Counted from the first letter of the stretch, positions 1-11,823 are shown. The stretch is DNA of 64,000 bases from Octopus sinensis (GCF_006345805.1 NC_043024.1:15066001-15130000), one strand, 5' to 3'. The notes: a model not told the origin generated them from the sequence alone. Translations and numbers: made by a program.

Positions 1-34
1 CATTTTCACACATACATATATATTTGTATATTCA

Positions 35-89
<55 letters not shown>

Positions 90-146
90 ATCTATCTATG
101 TAGTCGAACTAAGTGACCCCAGGACTTATTCTTTGTAAGCCTAGTA

Positions 147-452
147 CTTACAGCTGTTTCCAGGATATTTATTATGTCCCTTCATTGGAGACGGTGTAAG
201 AAAATGGTTAAGCAATAGTTAAATGAGATAAGATATGAAATAGGGAGTGAAATGGAGGAATGAAAATTGATGTGAGATATGCAGGGATATAATGGATCTA
301 CATATGCAATATCCCCGCATATCTCACATCTATTTTCCTTTTTTCCCTTCACTCTCTATTTCATATCTTATCTCATTTAACTATTGCTTAACCATTTTCT
401 CACACCATCTCCAATGAAGGGATATAATAAATATCCTGGAAACAGCTGTAAG
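147..452. mobile_element. Fold-back Penelope-like element remnant with a degenerate hammerhead-like motif (408-453)
   Basis: Imperfect inverted arms at about 147-290 and 308-452. The motif reads tct CCAATGA agggatataataaatatcct g GAAA cagctg TA aga. Confidence 0.55.
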
Positions 453-670
453 ACCTTCTATTCATAAATGTTCTAAAATCTTCTCAGCCTTGGTTTTTTA
501 TCGCATTCTGAAAAAAAATTTTTTGTATATACACACGCTGATATATGACCTATGTTAGACTCCTTATTTGCATAATCACCAAATCTAGAGCTTAACTATG
601 GTCTATCCATAGCACTTACTCAGCATTATCTGACACCTTTGGGTCTTACTGACACCATTACCTCTCATAA

Positions 671-750
<80 letters not shown>

Positions 751-752
751 TA

Positions 753-1173
753 TTTAAAATATAAAAGTGCATTAAATGTTTTTTATACACAGAGGAAGTA
801 CCATTGACAGGATCCTTCACATGCTAAAAAGCCCAGTTAAAACCTAAACCACAAAAAAAGAGAATTCATGAGGGATGCCATTATAACACAAGAATGGACA
901 AAAAATTAGTTATGGCTGATTTAGTGAAATGCTGACATGTATACTAAAAATCAATAGAAGCAACTAGTTGCAATGTAATGCCATAAAGGAAATAATGTAA
1001 TTATTACTAAGTGTCATTAAGGGTACCGAAGCACCAACATTACTAGACATTTTTTGTCCATTCTTGTGTTATAACAGCGTGCCTCATGAATTCACTTTTA
1101 TCATGTTAGGGGTCCTGTCAATGGTCCCCAATTTGTGTATAAAAACATTTTATACACTTTTATATTTTAAAAA
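753..1173. mobile_element. MITE-like element with long imperfect terminal inverted repeats
   Basis: tttaaaatataaaagtgcattaaatgttttttatacaca...accattgacaggatcc...gaattcatgagg...ttataacacaagaatggacaaaa is mirrored at 1050-1173. Confidence 0.6.
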
Positions 1174-1251
1174 TATGTTGTGTCTTATGACTTATCTATA
1201 ACTTATTTTAATTTATTACCCTCATATTTATGATAGTATATATATATATAT

Positions 1252-1657
1252 ACTAGCAGTATCGCCCGGCGTTGCTCGGGTTTGTAAGGGAAATAACTAT
1301 ATAAGCATTTTTAGAGAGTTACTTCCCTTATATAATAGCAAAAAAAAGGCATTAAAAATGGGAAAAAATGATGGTAAATTTTTTTTTAATCGTAGACTCA
1401 TCGTAGACATTTTTAGAGAGTTACTTCCCTTATATAATAGCAAAAAAATGCATTAAAAATGGAAAAAAATTATGGTAAATTTTTTTTAAAATCATAGACT
1501 CATCGTAGACGTGTGCTACTACCCAGAAGGGCTCGACATGAATCACGACTGTAAGATACCCGCTTTTGCTTAAACTGCACCGCAAAATGTGGGAGTAGTT
1601 AGGAATCTAAATCGTAGGTGACAGAACTCACACAACTTCACTTTTATATATAAAGAT
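1252..1657 (-). mobile_element. Non-autonomous Helitron-like element
   Basis: On the minus strand the 5' end reads aTCtttatatataaaag; the 3' end has a GC hairpin (cccggcgttgctcggg) next to CTAG/t. Contains an internal ~110 bp tandem duplication. Confidence 0.6.
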
Positions 1658-2031
1658 ATATATATATTTCCATGCTTACATGGGCTGGACAAATCTCCCC
1701 TCACACACACACACCTTTCCACCACTCAATAGAATCTTAAAGGGGTCCCTCCTCACAATCCAATGTCACAATTTTCATTTCATTTAATATAATCTTTCGT
1801 GTTATTACTTTTACTTAAATTTTCTTTTCCAATAAAGCTTTAATCTAGAAAAGGTACAGCATGGCTAGGTACAGGCATGGCTGTGTGGTAAGAAGTTTGC
1901 ATCCCAATTACATGGTTCTGGGTTCAGTTCCACTGCGTGGCACCTTGGGCAAGTGAGTTTTTTACTATAGCCTTGAGCTGACTGAAGCTTTTTGAGTGGA
2001 TTTGGTAAACAGAAATTGAAAGAATCCTATC

Positions 2032-2071
<40 letters not shown>

Positions 2072-2117
2072 TTCAATCACTGAAACCAGGAAAGCAATAT
2101 CAACATGCACATTGAAA

Positions 2118-2157
<40 letters not shown>

Positions 2158-2183
2158 TTTATTTTAAGCAGCAGAAAATTCAA

Positions 2184-2233
2184 CAAAATCTGTTACTCTG
2201 AGTTTCTCGTTGCCGTTCATCAGACAGTTTTTG
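2184..2233 (-). ncRNA. Mirror-image type I hammerhead ribozyme motif on the opposite strand
   Basis: Exact reverse complement of 2248-2297. Confidence 0.7.
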
Positions 2234-2247
2234 CTAGTTTTTTCTAG

Positions 2248-2297
2248 CAAAAACTGTCTGATGAACGGCAACGAGAAACTCAGAGTAACAGATTTTG
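2248..2297 (+). ncRNA. Minimal type I hammerhead ribozyme motif (predicted GUA cleavage after 2287)
   Basis: Stem I caaaaactgt/acagattttg (9 of 10 pairs); core CTGATGA 2258-2264; stem II CG-GCAA-CG with a GNRA loop; GAAA 2275-2278; short palindromic stem III ACT-CAG-AGT; GUA triplet. Confidence 0.75.
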
Positions 2298-2395
2298 TTG
2301 AATTTTCTGCTGCTTAAAATAAAGCATATTACTCTACCACTGGTATTTGAGTACTCTTTTTTCCACCTTGTTTCACATTTATGTGTTTACTCCGG

Positions 2396-2432
<37 letters not shown>

Positions 2433-2867
2433 GCACGTGTGTGCATATTCATATATGCAGGTATGTCTATTAATAGAGGCGCATGGCTCAGTGGTTAGAG
2501 CATTGAGCTTACGATCGTGAGGTTGTGAGCTCGAATCCCAGACCGGGCTGCGTGTTGTGTTCTTCAGCAAGACACTTTATATATATATATATGTGTGTGT
2601 GTGTCTTTGTGTCTCCTCCACTTCACCACTTGACAACTGATGTTGGTGTTTACATCCCTGTAGCTTAGCAGTTTGGAAAAGGAGACTGATAGAATAAGTA
2701 CTAATCTTTTTAAAAAAAAGTCCTGGTGTCGATTTGTTCAAGGCGGTGCTCCAGCATGGCTGCAGTCAAATGACTGAAACAAATAAAAGAATGACTAAGT
2801 TTACTCCTCTTAAAATAGCAATTTTAAAATATTTTGAGCCTTCCTTTATTTTCCTGCTTTTAAATAG

Positions 2868-3034
2868 GGAGTCGGCAGTGGAACCCCTACCAGGAGGGAG
2901 AAACAATATCGGCAACATCAAATAAGACGAGCAGCGGAGAATATCATTCAGTACAGGATTGAGAAGTACGGAGAAACGGAGGACAGTGCCATGGTTGTGA
3001 AGGACAAGAAAGCAACAAGAAAGCACAAAATAAG
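2868..3034 (+). CDS. Candidate internal coding exon of an unidentified gene (GVGSGTPTRREKQYRQHQIRRAAENIIQYRIEKYGETEDSAMVVKDKKATRKHKI)
   Basis: Unique, non-repetitive, purine-rich island. Pyrimidine tract and acceptor (ttcctgcttttaaatag|GGA), donor AAG|gtaatt, only one open frame, ends in phase 2. Confidence 0.6.
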
Positions 3035-3207
3035 GTAATTATTTAACCCTTGGCATTGGTTATCTTGGGAATTGTGGATATTCTTGTAATTGTGAGGCTT
3101 TGTGCTAATACCAGAGGTCATTTATTGTTTATCGTATGCTTTCTGTGTTTTGTTGAAATAAATGTCAATATTTAATAGTCATTCCCCAGATATTTATTAT
3201 ATATATA

Positions 3208-3256
<49 letters not shown>

Positions 3257-3455
3257 ATATATATGTGTGTGTTGGCATGTTGGCGTGGGTTGGCGTTAGG
3301 AAGGGCATCCAGCCGTAGAAACACTGCCAGATCTGACTGGGCCTGACGAAGCCTTCCAGCTTCACAGACCCCAGTTGAACCGTCCAACCCATGCTAGCAT
3401 GGAAAACGGACGCTAAATGATGATGATGATGATGATGATGATATATATATATATA

Positions 3456-3607
3456 CTTTATTAAAGCAGCAGAAAATTCAACAAAACCTGTTACTCAGAG
3501 TAACAGGTTTTGTTGAATTTTCTGCTGCTTTAAATAAAGCATATTACTCTACCACTGGTATTTGAGTACTCTTTTTTCCACCTTGTTTCATATTTATGTG
3601 TTTACTT

Positions 3608-3610
<3 letters not shown>
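3456..3610 (+). mobile_element. P1 Penelope-like fold-back, short form lacking the catalytic core
   Basis: ~41-bp arms centred on cctgttactc-a-gagtaacagg (hammerhead stem III), followed by the P1 tail; inserted in (TA)n. Confidence 0.7.
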
Positions 3611-3642
<32 letters not shown>

Positions 3643-4313
3643 GAAATATGTTACAAAAAGAAAATATAAAATACACGTGGAAATGTAAAGGGAAAATATG
3701 AAAAATCAATGAAAATGCACATTGTAAATAAAAAAAGAAAAGGCTTTTTATGAAAGGTAACGATAGATATATACATTTAGATGGACTGAGGTAGGAATAA
3801 AAGTCATAAAAGTCATTATTATGAGATGATTATAAAGTCAGAAAGCAAAGCATACCATGGTTTTGTCAAAGCTATTCATTGCTTTGAATAAACGCCGCAT
3901 ATATCTATATCTATGAAAGGAGGTTTGAAAATGCAATTTTAAAGATGTTTATTCACTTGACTAGTTTTACTTTTTTAGAATAAACATCTTTAAAATTGCA
4001 TTTTCAAACCTTCTTTCATATATATTTCCACTCGTGTGGTATCTTACAAATTTACTTTGTTTTATATATATATATATTTCTTTACTACCCACAAGGGGCT
4101 AAACACAGAGGGGACAAACAAGGACAGACAAATGGATTAAGTCAATTACATCGACCCCAGTGCATAACTGGTACTTAATTTATCGACCCCGAAAGGATGA
4201 AAGGCAAAGTCGACCTCGGCGGAATTTGAACTCAGAACGTAATGGCAGACGAAATACTGCTAAGCATTTCGCCTGGCGTGCTAATGTTTCTACCAGCTCG
4301 CCGCCTTGTTTTA

Positions 4314-4371
<58 letters not shown>

Positions 4372-5153
4372 CACATATACATGTATATGTATGCATGTAA
4401 AAATTTAGATTCAGATGAATTAGGTACTTAAGTTGGGGCACCACAATTTAGTATGGTAATATCCATACAGTTTCAAAATAAGGTAATTAAAATCGAAATA
4501 AGCAGCAGGATATCCAGAGGTAATGCAGTATGATCATTTCAAGCTACTCCTTTAATTGAACAATGCAACCATTACATCAGTTTAAATGCAGAGCAATCCT
4601 CAGCTGCATAAATACATAGAATTAAATTAAAACAGTTGGACACAAATGTGGTCGATGCTAGTGCTGGCTAACTAGTCCTGTGCTGGTGGCATGCAAAAAG
4701 CACCATTTAAGCATTTCTACAGCTGAGTGAACTGGAGCAATGTGAAATAAAGTGTCTTGCTCAAGAACACGACATGCAGCCCGGTCTGGGATTCGAACTC
4801 ACAACCTCATGATCGTACGCTCAATGCTCTAACCACTGAGCCATGCGCCTCCACTAATAGACATACCTGCATATATGAATATACACACACGTGTGTGTGT
4901 ATATATATGTGCATTTGTATTCACACATACATATACACACATTTTCAATGTGCATGTTGATATTGCTTTCTGGTTTCAGTGATTGAACTACAGTTCAATC
5001 GTATTGACCAAAATATTTATTTCAGTCTGTTGCGCATCCTATTGATTTCTGCTTGTTGAACGTCTAAATTAATTTTTTGAAATATTCAGATGCAATTTCA
5101 TGCATCTGTTATATTCATACATCTATCTATCTGTCTATCTTTCTATCTATCTA

Positions 5154-5198
<45 letters not shown>

Positions 5199-5313
5199 AT
5201 GTCTATCTATCTATCTATATATATTATTATTAGGGTCCCATCTATGCTAGCTAGAAGGTGGACAGTAAACAATGATGATGATGATGATGGTTACATATAT
5301 TATATAAATATAT

Positions 5314-5393
<80 letters not shown>

Positions 5394-6420
5394 GTGGATA
5401 TATATATATGTATATAAGTTATATATATCTGTATATATACATTTATTATATATATATATATGTGTATTCATAGCTACAATAATGCAATGTTTTATTTACT
5501 GACAAGGGAGGGAGGCAAACTCTTTAAGCACTGGGCTTAGCCAGATCACTAGTGATTTCGTGTTAACACTTGTCAGTGGCTCTGACCGGTGCCTTGGGTT
5601 AAACTCAACACACTTTGTCGGCTTATAAGATTACCGTAGAAATCACACGCTGATTTCATAAATGGTAAGGATCATCATCATCATTATCGTTTAGCGTCTG
5701 CTTTCCATGCTGGCATGGGTTGGACGGTGCAACTGGGGTCTGGCAAGCCAAGAGGCTGCACCAGGCTCCAATCTGATCTGCCAATGTTTCTCCGGCTGGA
5801 TGCCCTTCCTAACGCCAACCACTCCATGAGTGTAGTGGGTGCTTTTTACGTGCCACTGGCACAGGTGCCAGATGAGGCTGGCAAACGGCCACGATCGGAT
5901 GGTGCTTTTTACGTGCCACCGGCATGGAAGCCAGTCGGGGTGGCGCTGGCAACTTCCACGTTCGGTTGGTACTCTTATGTGCCACCGGCACTGGTATCAC
6001 AACTACAATTTCCATTGATGTTGATCGATTTTGATTTTCACTTGCCTCATTTGTTATATATATATATGTATTCATAGCTACAATAATGCAACGTTTTATT
6101 TACTGACAAGGGAGGGAGGCAAACTCCCTTAGCACTGGGCATAGCCAGATCACTAGTGATTTCGTGTTTACATTAACACTTGTCAGTGGCTCTGACCGGT
6201 GCCTTGGGTTAAACTCAACACACTTGGTCGGCTTATAAGATTGCCATAAAAATCATACGCTGATTTCATAAATGGTAAGGGTGTAAATTATAAATAATAA
6301 AGGAGGCTTGTTAGCAATTTTTCAACTGTAAAGCAAAAATATATTTGTCACTAAAGCAACTGAGGGCGCTGCTCAGCACCATTTCAGTTGAAAATTGCTA
6401 ACAAGCCACCCTTATTTTTT

Positions 6421-6806
6421 TTTTACTTGTTTCAGTCATTTGACTGCGGCCAAGCTGGAGCACCGCCTTTAGTCGAACAAATCGAACCCGGGACTTATTC
6501 TTTGTAAGCCCAGTACTTATCGGTCTCTTTTGCCGAACTGCTAAGTGATGGGGACATAAACACACCAGCATCGGTTGTCAAGCAATGCTAGGGGGACAAA
6601 CACAGACACACAAACATACACACACACACATATATATATATACATATATGCGACGGGCTTCTTTCAGTTTCCGTCTACCAAATCCACTCACAAGGCTTTG
6701 GTCGGCCCGAGGCTATAGTAGAAGACACTTGCCCAAGATGCCACGCAGTGGGACTGAACCCAGAACTATGTGGTTGGTAAACAAGCTACTTACTACACAG
6801 CCACTC
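6421..6806 (-). mobile_element. tRNA-derived SINE family A, full length
   Basis: On the element strand: A-box ggctgtgtgg and B-box ggttc(a/g)gtccc head, ggcaccttgggcaagtgtctt core, internal (TA)n/(TG)n, tail cagtcaaatgactgaaacaagtaaaa. Confidence 0.85.
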
Positions 6807-6949
6807 ATTCACACCTTTACCATTTATGAAATTAGTATATGATTTCTACAGTGAACTTATAAGCTGACATGGTGAGTTGAGTTTAACCCAAGGCACAGGT
6901 TGGAGCCCTTGACGTTCGTTAATGTAAATGCGAAATCAATGGTGATCTG

Positions 6950-7049
6950 NNNNNNNNNNNNNNNNNNNNNNNNNNNNNNNNNNNNNNNNNNNNNNNNNNN
7001 NNNNNNNNNNNNNNNNNNNNNNNNNNNNNNNNNNNNNNNNNNNNNNNNN
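6950..7049. other. Assembly gap (100 N)
   Basis: Seen directly. Confidence 1.
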
Positions 7050-8660
7050 GCATCCAGCCGTAGAAACTCTGCCAGATTCAGACTGGAGCCTGGTGCGGCC
7101 CTGGCTTCCCAGACCCGTCAAACCGTCCACCCGTGCTAGCGCGGAAAGCGTACGTTAAACGATGATGATTGATGATGATGATATATATATATATATATAC
7201 ATAAATATATATATATATATGCAAACGTGTGTATGTATGTGTATATATATATATGTGTATGTATATATATATGTTAGAAGGTTTGGAGGTGATGTATTAT
7301 ATATTAGAAAAAATAAGGTACTCAGAAATCTGTATATATATGTATACACACACACACACATACATACATATAATTAGAAAGATGAATGAATCACAATTGC
7401 AAAGGGTGTCTTCACTCAGGAACTCCTCTCCTTTTATTCTTATTTTTATTTTTATCCTGCATTTCTCTGTAATATTCTTTTAACTCTTAGTATTGGCCCC
7501 GCATCTGTTCTATTGAAGACCCTAATTTGCTCTACTTGGTAAATTGTTCTCCAGTCCTGACCTACCTTCGTGTCTGCCATATCAGCCCAGAAACTGACCG
7601 ACTGTTCAACTGACCAATTAACCGATCGACTGGCTGACTGAGTGACAGACTGACTGACCAACCAGCCAACCAATCAACCAATCACTGACAGCAGTTTGCT
7701 GTGAATCTTGATGGTGTTGAAGATATTGATCTGTTAGAAGGCATACTATTATACAGTAATGACTTCTCTTTGTGGTCAGATGTATGGATGGAAGGGTAGA
7801 TGGACAGATAGATAGTCAGATAGGGAGGTTGATGAATGGAGGGATGGACAGATGGTGAAGCGATTTGTCTCTTAAAAAGAAATCTAGTTTTTCAATCTGG
7901 TTTTTCATTCTTTTATTGAGTCAGAAATCATTCATGTTCCTGCTAGAAGGGAAAAAGATTTTAATCACAATGGCCACTAAAAGAAAAAGGAAAATTAAGT
8001 GATGCAATCTACATTTTGTAATTGCAACTATACCCAATCATTTATAAATTAAGTACAAAACCAATGGCTTTTGTGATCTGATAGTATCTGTTCTTGCATG
8101 TATCTGCATCTGAAACGTTCCTCCTGAAAATACAAGTCCAGGTAAGGTTTTCTGTGGAAGATTCGCTGTTGCCTCTGCAAGCAAGCCCATCTTCCCAATA
8201 CATGCCACTGATGTTCTCCGATGGCTGAGATATATAGCACCACCAGGCATGTGCTGTCAGTAATTACACAGGGTAGGCAGTTGGTGAGATTTATGTAGTA
8301 AAACACACACACACACATAAAAAAATAAATGAAACGCAGCCGCACGACTGAGTTGAAGGCAGATTTACTTCTGCCTTTATAACACATAAAGAAAACAGTG
8401 TTGTAGGAGTGTATGCAGCATGTGTACTACAGCACTACAATGTGTAGCTTAAATACTGAGACTGAAAAGCAAGGACGAATTATGCCTACCTAATCTACAA
8501 AAAAATCAAATATTTTGCATTTTATGCATAGTAATCAGAGTAACCTTCATAATTTTATTGAAGTAGGGTTAGGGTTAGGGTTAGCCCATTGTCTGTATTA
8601 TAGTGCATTGTTATACCATTCAAAACTTTTTATTCTTTATATATATATATATATATATAT

Positions 8661-8824
8661 AGGTGCAGGAGTTGCTGTGTGGTAAGTAGCTTATTTACCA
8701 ACCGCATGGTTCCAGGTTGAGTCCCACTGCATTGGTCCTAGAGAAAGTGTCTTCTACTATAGCCTCAGACCAACCAAAGCCTTGTGAGAGGATCTGGTGG
8801 ACAGAAACTGAAAGAAGCCTGTCG

Positions 8825-8864
<40 letters not shown>

Positions 8865-9072
8865 GATATGTTTGTGTGTATGTGTTTGTCCCACCACCAT
8901 CACTTGACAACCAATGCTGGTGTCTTTATGTCCCTGTAACTTAGCAGTTCAGCAAAAGGACCAATAGAAGAAGTACTAGGCTTACAAAGAATAAGACCTG
9001 GTGGTGGATTTGTTTGACTAAAGGTAGTGCTCCAGTATGGCCACAGTCAAACAACTGAAACAAATAAAAGAA
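8661..9072 (+). mobile_element. SINE family A
   Basis: Same head, core and tail as 6421-6806. Confidence 0.85.
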
Positions 9073-9206
9073 TATATATATATATATCATCATCATCATC
9101 ATCATCATTATCATCTGGTAGCGTTGCTTGCATGGCACCTTGGGCAAGTGTCCTCTACTATAGCTTCGGGCTGACCAAAGATATATATATATATATATAT
9201 ATATAT

Positions 9207-9655
9207 TGGTTGTATACTGTCAATCTAACAAGAACGTGACAGTAGGGGGTACACCACCGTTATATAGCCCTAGGAGGCATCGAACGCCTCCTGACGGCTT
9301 CGACACATTTTATCCTGTGTCCTTATATACACATACGAAGGGGAGACAAACCCCCCAACCTCCGCCGGAACTGCATCTAGGGACACCGTGTTTCAGGATC
9401 ATTGTCCTGAAACACAGTGTCCCTAGATGCAGTTCCGGCGGTTGGGGGTGGTTGTCTCCCCTTCGTATGTGTATATAAGGACACAGGATAAAATGTGTCG
9501 AAGCCGTCAGGAGGCGTTCGATGCCTCCTAGGGCTATATAACGGTGGTGTACCCTCTACTGTCACGTTCTTGTTAGATTGACAGTATACAACCATTATAT
9601 CGCTCACCACCGTACACCTCTTTACGAGAGATTTAGAAACTCAATATTTCTTATA
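9207..9655 (+). mobile_element. Fold-back Penelope-like element (family P4) with ~190-bp near-perfect arms
   Basis: Arms 9207-9398 and 9405-9594 around a tcattg loop. The right arm begins tcct GAAA cacagtg TC cctag (3' half of a hammerhead), then a unique tail; flanked by (TA)n. Confidence 0.65.
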
Positions 9656-9661
9656 TATATA

Positions 9662-9701
<40 letters not shown>

Positions 9702-10094
9702 TATATATAACATATATATATATATATACATGTGTGTTGTGTGTGTGTGTGTGTGTGTGTGCGCGTTGTGTTTTTGTTGTTGTGTCTGTGTTTGTCCCCT
9801 CCCAACATTGCTTGACAACCGATGTTGGTGTGTTTACATCCCTCTAACATAGCAGTTTGGCTAAAAAGACCGATAGAATAAGCACTAGGCTTACAAAGAA
9901 TAAGTTCTGTGGTCGATTTGCTTGGCTAAAGGCGGTGCGCTCCAGCATGGCCACAGTCAAATGACTGAAACAAGTAAAAGAGTAAAGAGTATGGTTTCTA
10001 CACCTGGAAAGAGAGAAAGGTGTGCAGTCATAGAACAAGATGCATACGAGGGAGAGCATAGGATGTCAATCTGTTTTCGTAGCCTCACTGGACC

Positions 10095-10530
10095 ATGTAT
10101 GGCTGCAGGGTGAGAAGCTTGCTTCCCAACCTTATGGTTCTAGGTTCAGTCCCACCTTGGGCATGTATCTTCTACTACAGCCTCAGGCCAAAGACTTGTG
10201 AACAGATTTGGTAGATGGAAACTGAAAGGAGCCCATCATACATACATGTATGCGTGTGTGTGTGCATGTGTATGCATGCGTGCATGTGTACTTGTGTGTG
10301 TGTATGTGTGTATGTAAGTATGTGTGTGTCTTTGTGTCTGTGTTTATTTCCTGCCACCACCTGGCAACCGGAATCAGTGTGTTTATATCCCTGTAACAGT
10401 TCAGAGATAGAGACCAATACAATAAGTATGAGGCTTAAAAATAAGCCCTGGGATTGATTATTTCAACTATAATTCCTCAAAGCGGTGCTCCAGGATGGTC
10501 GTAGTCTAATGACTGAAGCAAGTAGAAGAA
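10095..10530 (+). mobile_element. SINE family A (diverged)
   Basis: Same organisation, more substitutions. Confidence 0.75.
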
Positions 10531-10605
10531 TAATACTGAATATGTATTGATATGTTTTAGGAGAGTGATTCTATTAAAGGTTACAAGCATATTCTCTACT
10601 CTTGT

Positions 10606-11004
10606 ACTCTTTTACTTGTTTCAGTCATTTGACTGTGACCATGCTGGAGCACCGCCTTTAGTTGAGCAAATCGACCCCAGGACTTATTCTTTGTAAGCCA
10701 AGTACTTATTCTATCAGTTTCTTTTGCCGAATCGCTAAGTGATGGAGACGTAAACACACCAGCATCGGTTGTCAAGCAATGCTAGGGGGACAAACACAGA
10801 CACACAAGCACACACACACATACATATATATGTATATATACAACAGGCTTCTTTCAGTTTCCGTCTACCAAATCCACTCACAAGGCATTGGTCGGCCCGG
10901 GGCTATAGCAGAAGACACTTGCCCAAGATGCCACGCAGTGGGACTGAACCCGGAACCATGAGGTTGGTTAGCAAGTTACTTATCACACAGCCACTCATGC
11001 GCCT
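10606..11004 (-). mobile_element. SINE family A
   Basis: Same organisation. Confidence 0.85.
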
Positions 11005-11065
11005 ATTGTTTATTTATATTCTTCCTCTTTTCCCCCAAAACTTTTTGATCACATCATCTCTGTAG

Positions 11066-11234
11066 CCATTTCAATGGCTATAGAAAATCTATTCCCATTG
11101 AAAGAGCCTCACAGAGGATGTGGAAAGACAAAAATTTTCGAGAAAATAAGAGAAAGCTTAATGGACAGCAGCAACCAGCAGAGAATGTGTTTGTAGATTT
11201 TAATATCACACTTTCAAAATACAACAAAAACTAG
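11066..11234 (+). CDS. Candidate terminal coding exon of the same gene (S-HFNGYRKSIPIERASQRMWKDKNFRENKRKLNGQQQPAENVFVDFNITLSKYNKN*)
   Basis: Pyrimidine-rich acceptor (catctctgtag|C). Phase 2 matches the 2868-3034 donor. The frame is open to TAG at 11232-11234, and AATAAA follows at 11270. Confidence 0.55.
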
Positions 11235-11269
11235 TTTCAACACATGATTTCAGATTAAAATTCTTGCAA

Positions 11270-11275
11270 AATAAA
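11270..11275 (+). promoter_or_regulatory. Putative polyadenylation signal AATAAA
   Basis: About 35 nt after the stop codon of the candidate terminal exon; weak evidence in AT-rich DNA. Confidence 0.35.
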
Positions 11276-11335
11276 TAAATTCAAAACTGAGAGATTGAAA
11301 ATGGGTTTATATTAATTTTAATTTCAACTTATTAT

Positions 11336-11751
11336 ACTCTTTACTCTTTTACTCTTTTACTTGTTTCAGTCATTTGACTGTGGCCATGCTGGAGCACCAC
11401 CTTTAGTCGAGCATATCGACCCCGGGACTTATTCTTTGTAAGCCCAGTACTTATTCTATCGGTCTCTTTTGCCGAACCGCTAAGTGACGGGGACGTAAAC
11501 ACACCAGCATCGGTTGTCAAGCAATGCTAGGGGGACAAACACAGACACACAAACACATACACACACATACATATATATATATATATACGACAGGCTTCTT
11601 TCAGTTTCCGTCTACCAAATCCACTCACAAGGCATTGGTCGGCCTGGGGCTATAGCAGAAGACACTTGCCCAAGATGCCACGCAGTGGGACTGAACCCGG
11701 AACCATGTGGTTGGTTAGCAAGCTACTTACCACACAGCCACTCCTGCGCCT
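11336..11751 (-). mobile_element. SINE family A
   Basis: Same organisation. Confidence 0.85.
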
Positions 11752-11823
11752 ATGTTTTTTAATGGTTTAAAAACCCTGATTGGATTTAACTGAGATGGTT
11801 GACATAAAAATACTTTACAGTAT

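Larger units (their letters stand above)
2157..2396 (+). mobile_element. Penelope-like pLTR fold-back element (family P1) in (TA)n
   Basis: Perfect 81-bp inverted arms (2157-2237 and 2244-2324) plus a unique 3' tail ending ...gtttactccgg. The same family occurs at 3456, 13801 and 41441. Confidence 0.75.

Noticed and set aside
8040-8270. Unique island with CAG|gtaagg donor at about 8141 and a 70-aa minus-strand ORF
   Set aside because: No convincing acceptor and frame combination compatible with the flanking exons, and no recognisable protein; it remains possible.
8575-8590. (TTAGGG)-like run gggttagggttagcc
   Set aside because: Only two to three units; too short to call an interstitial telomere.
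10769-11762. Recurrent ORFs such as MSSNARGTNTDTQ / RLPNPLTR..SARGYSRRHLPK
   Set aside because: Incidental frames of SINE family A.
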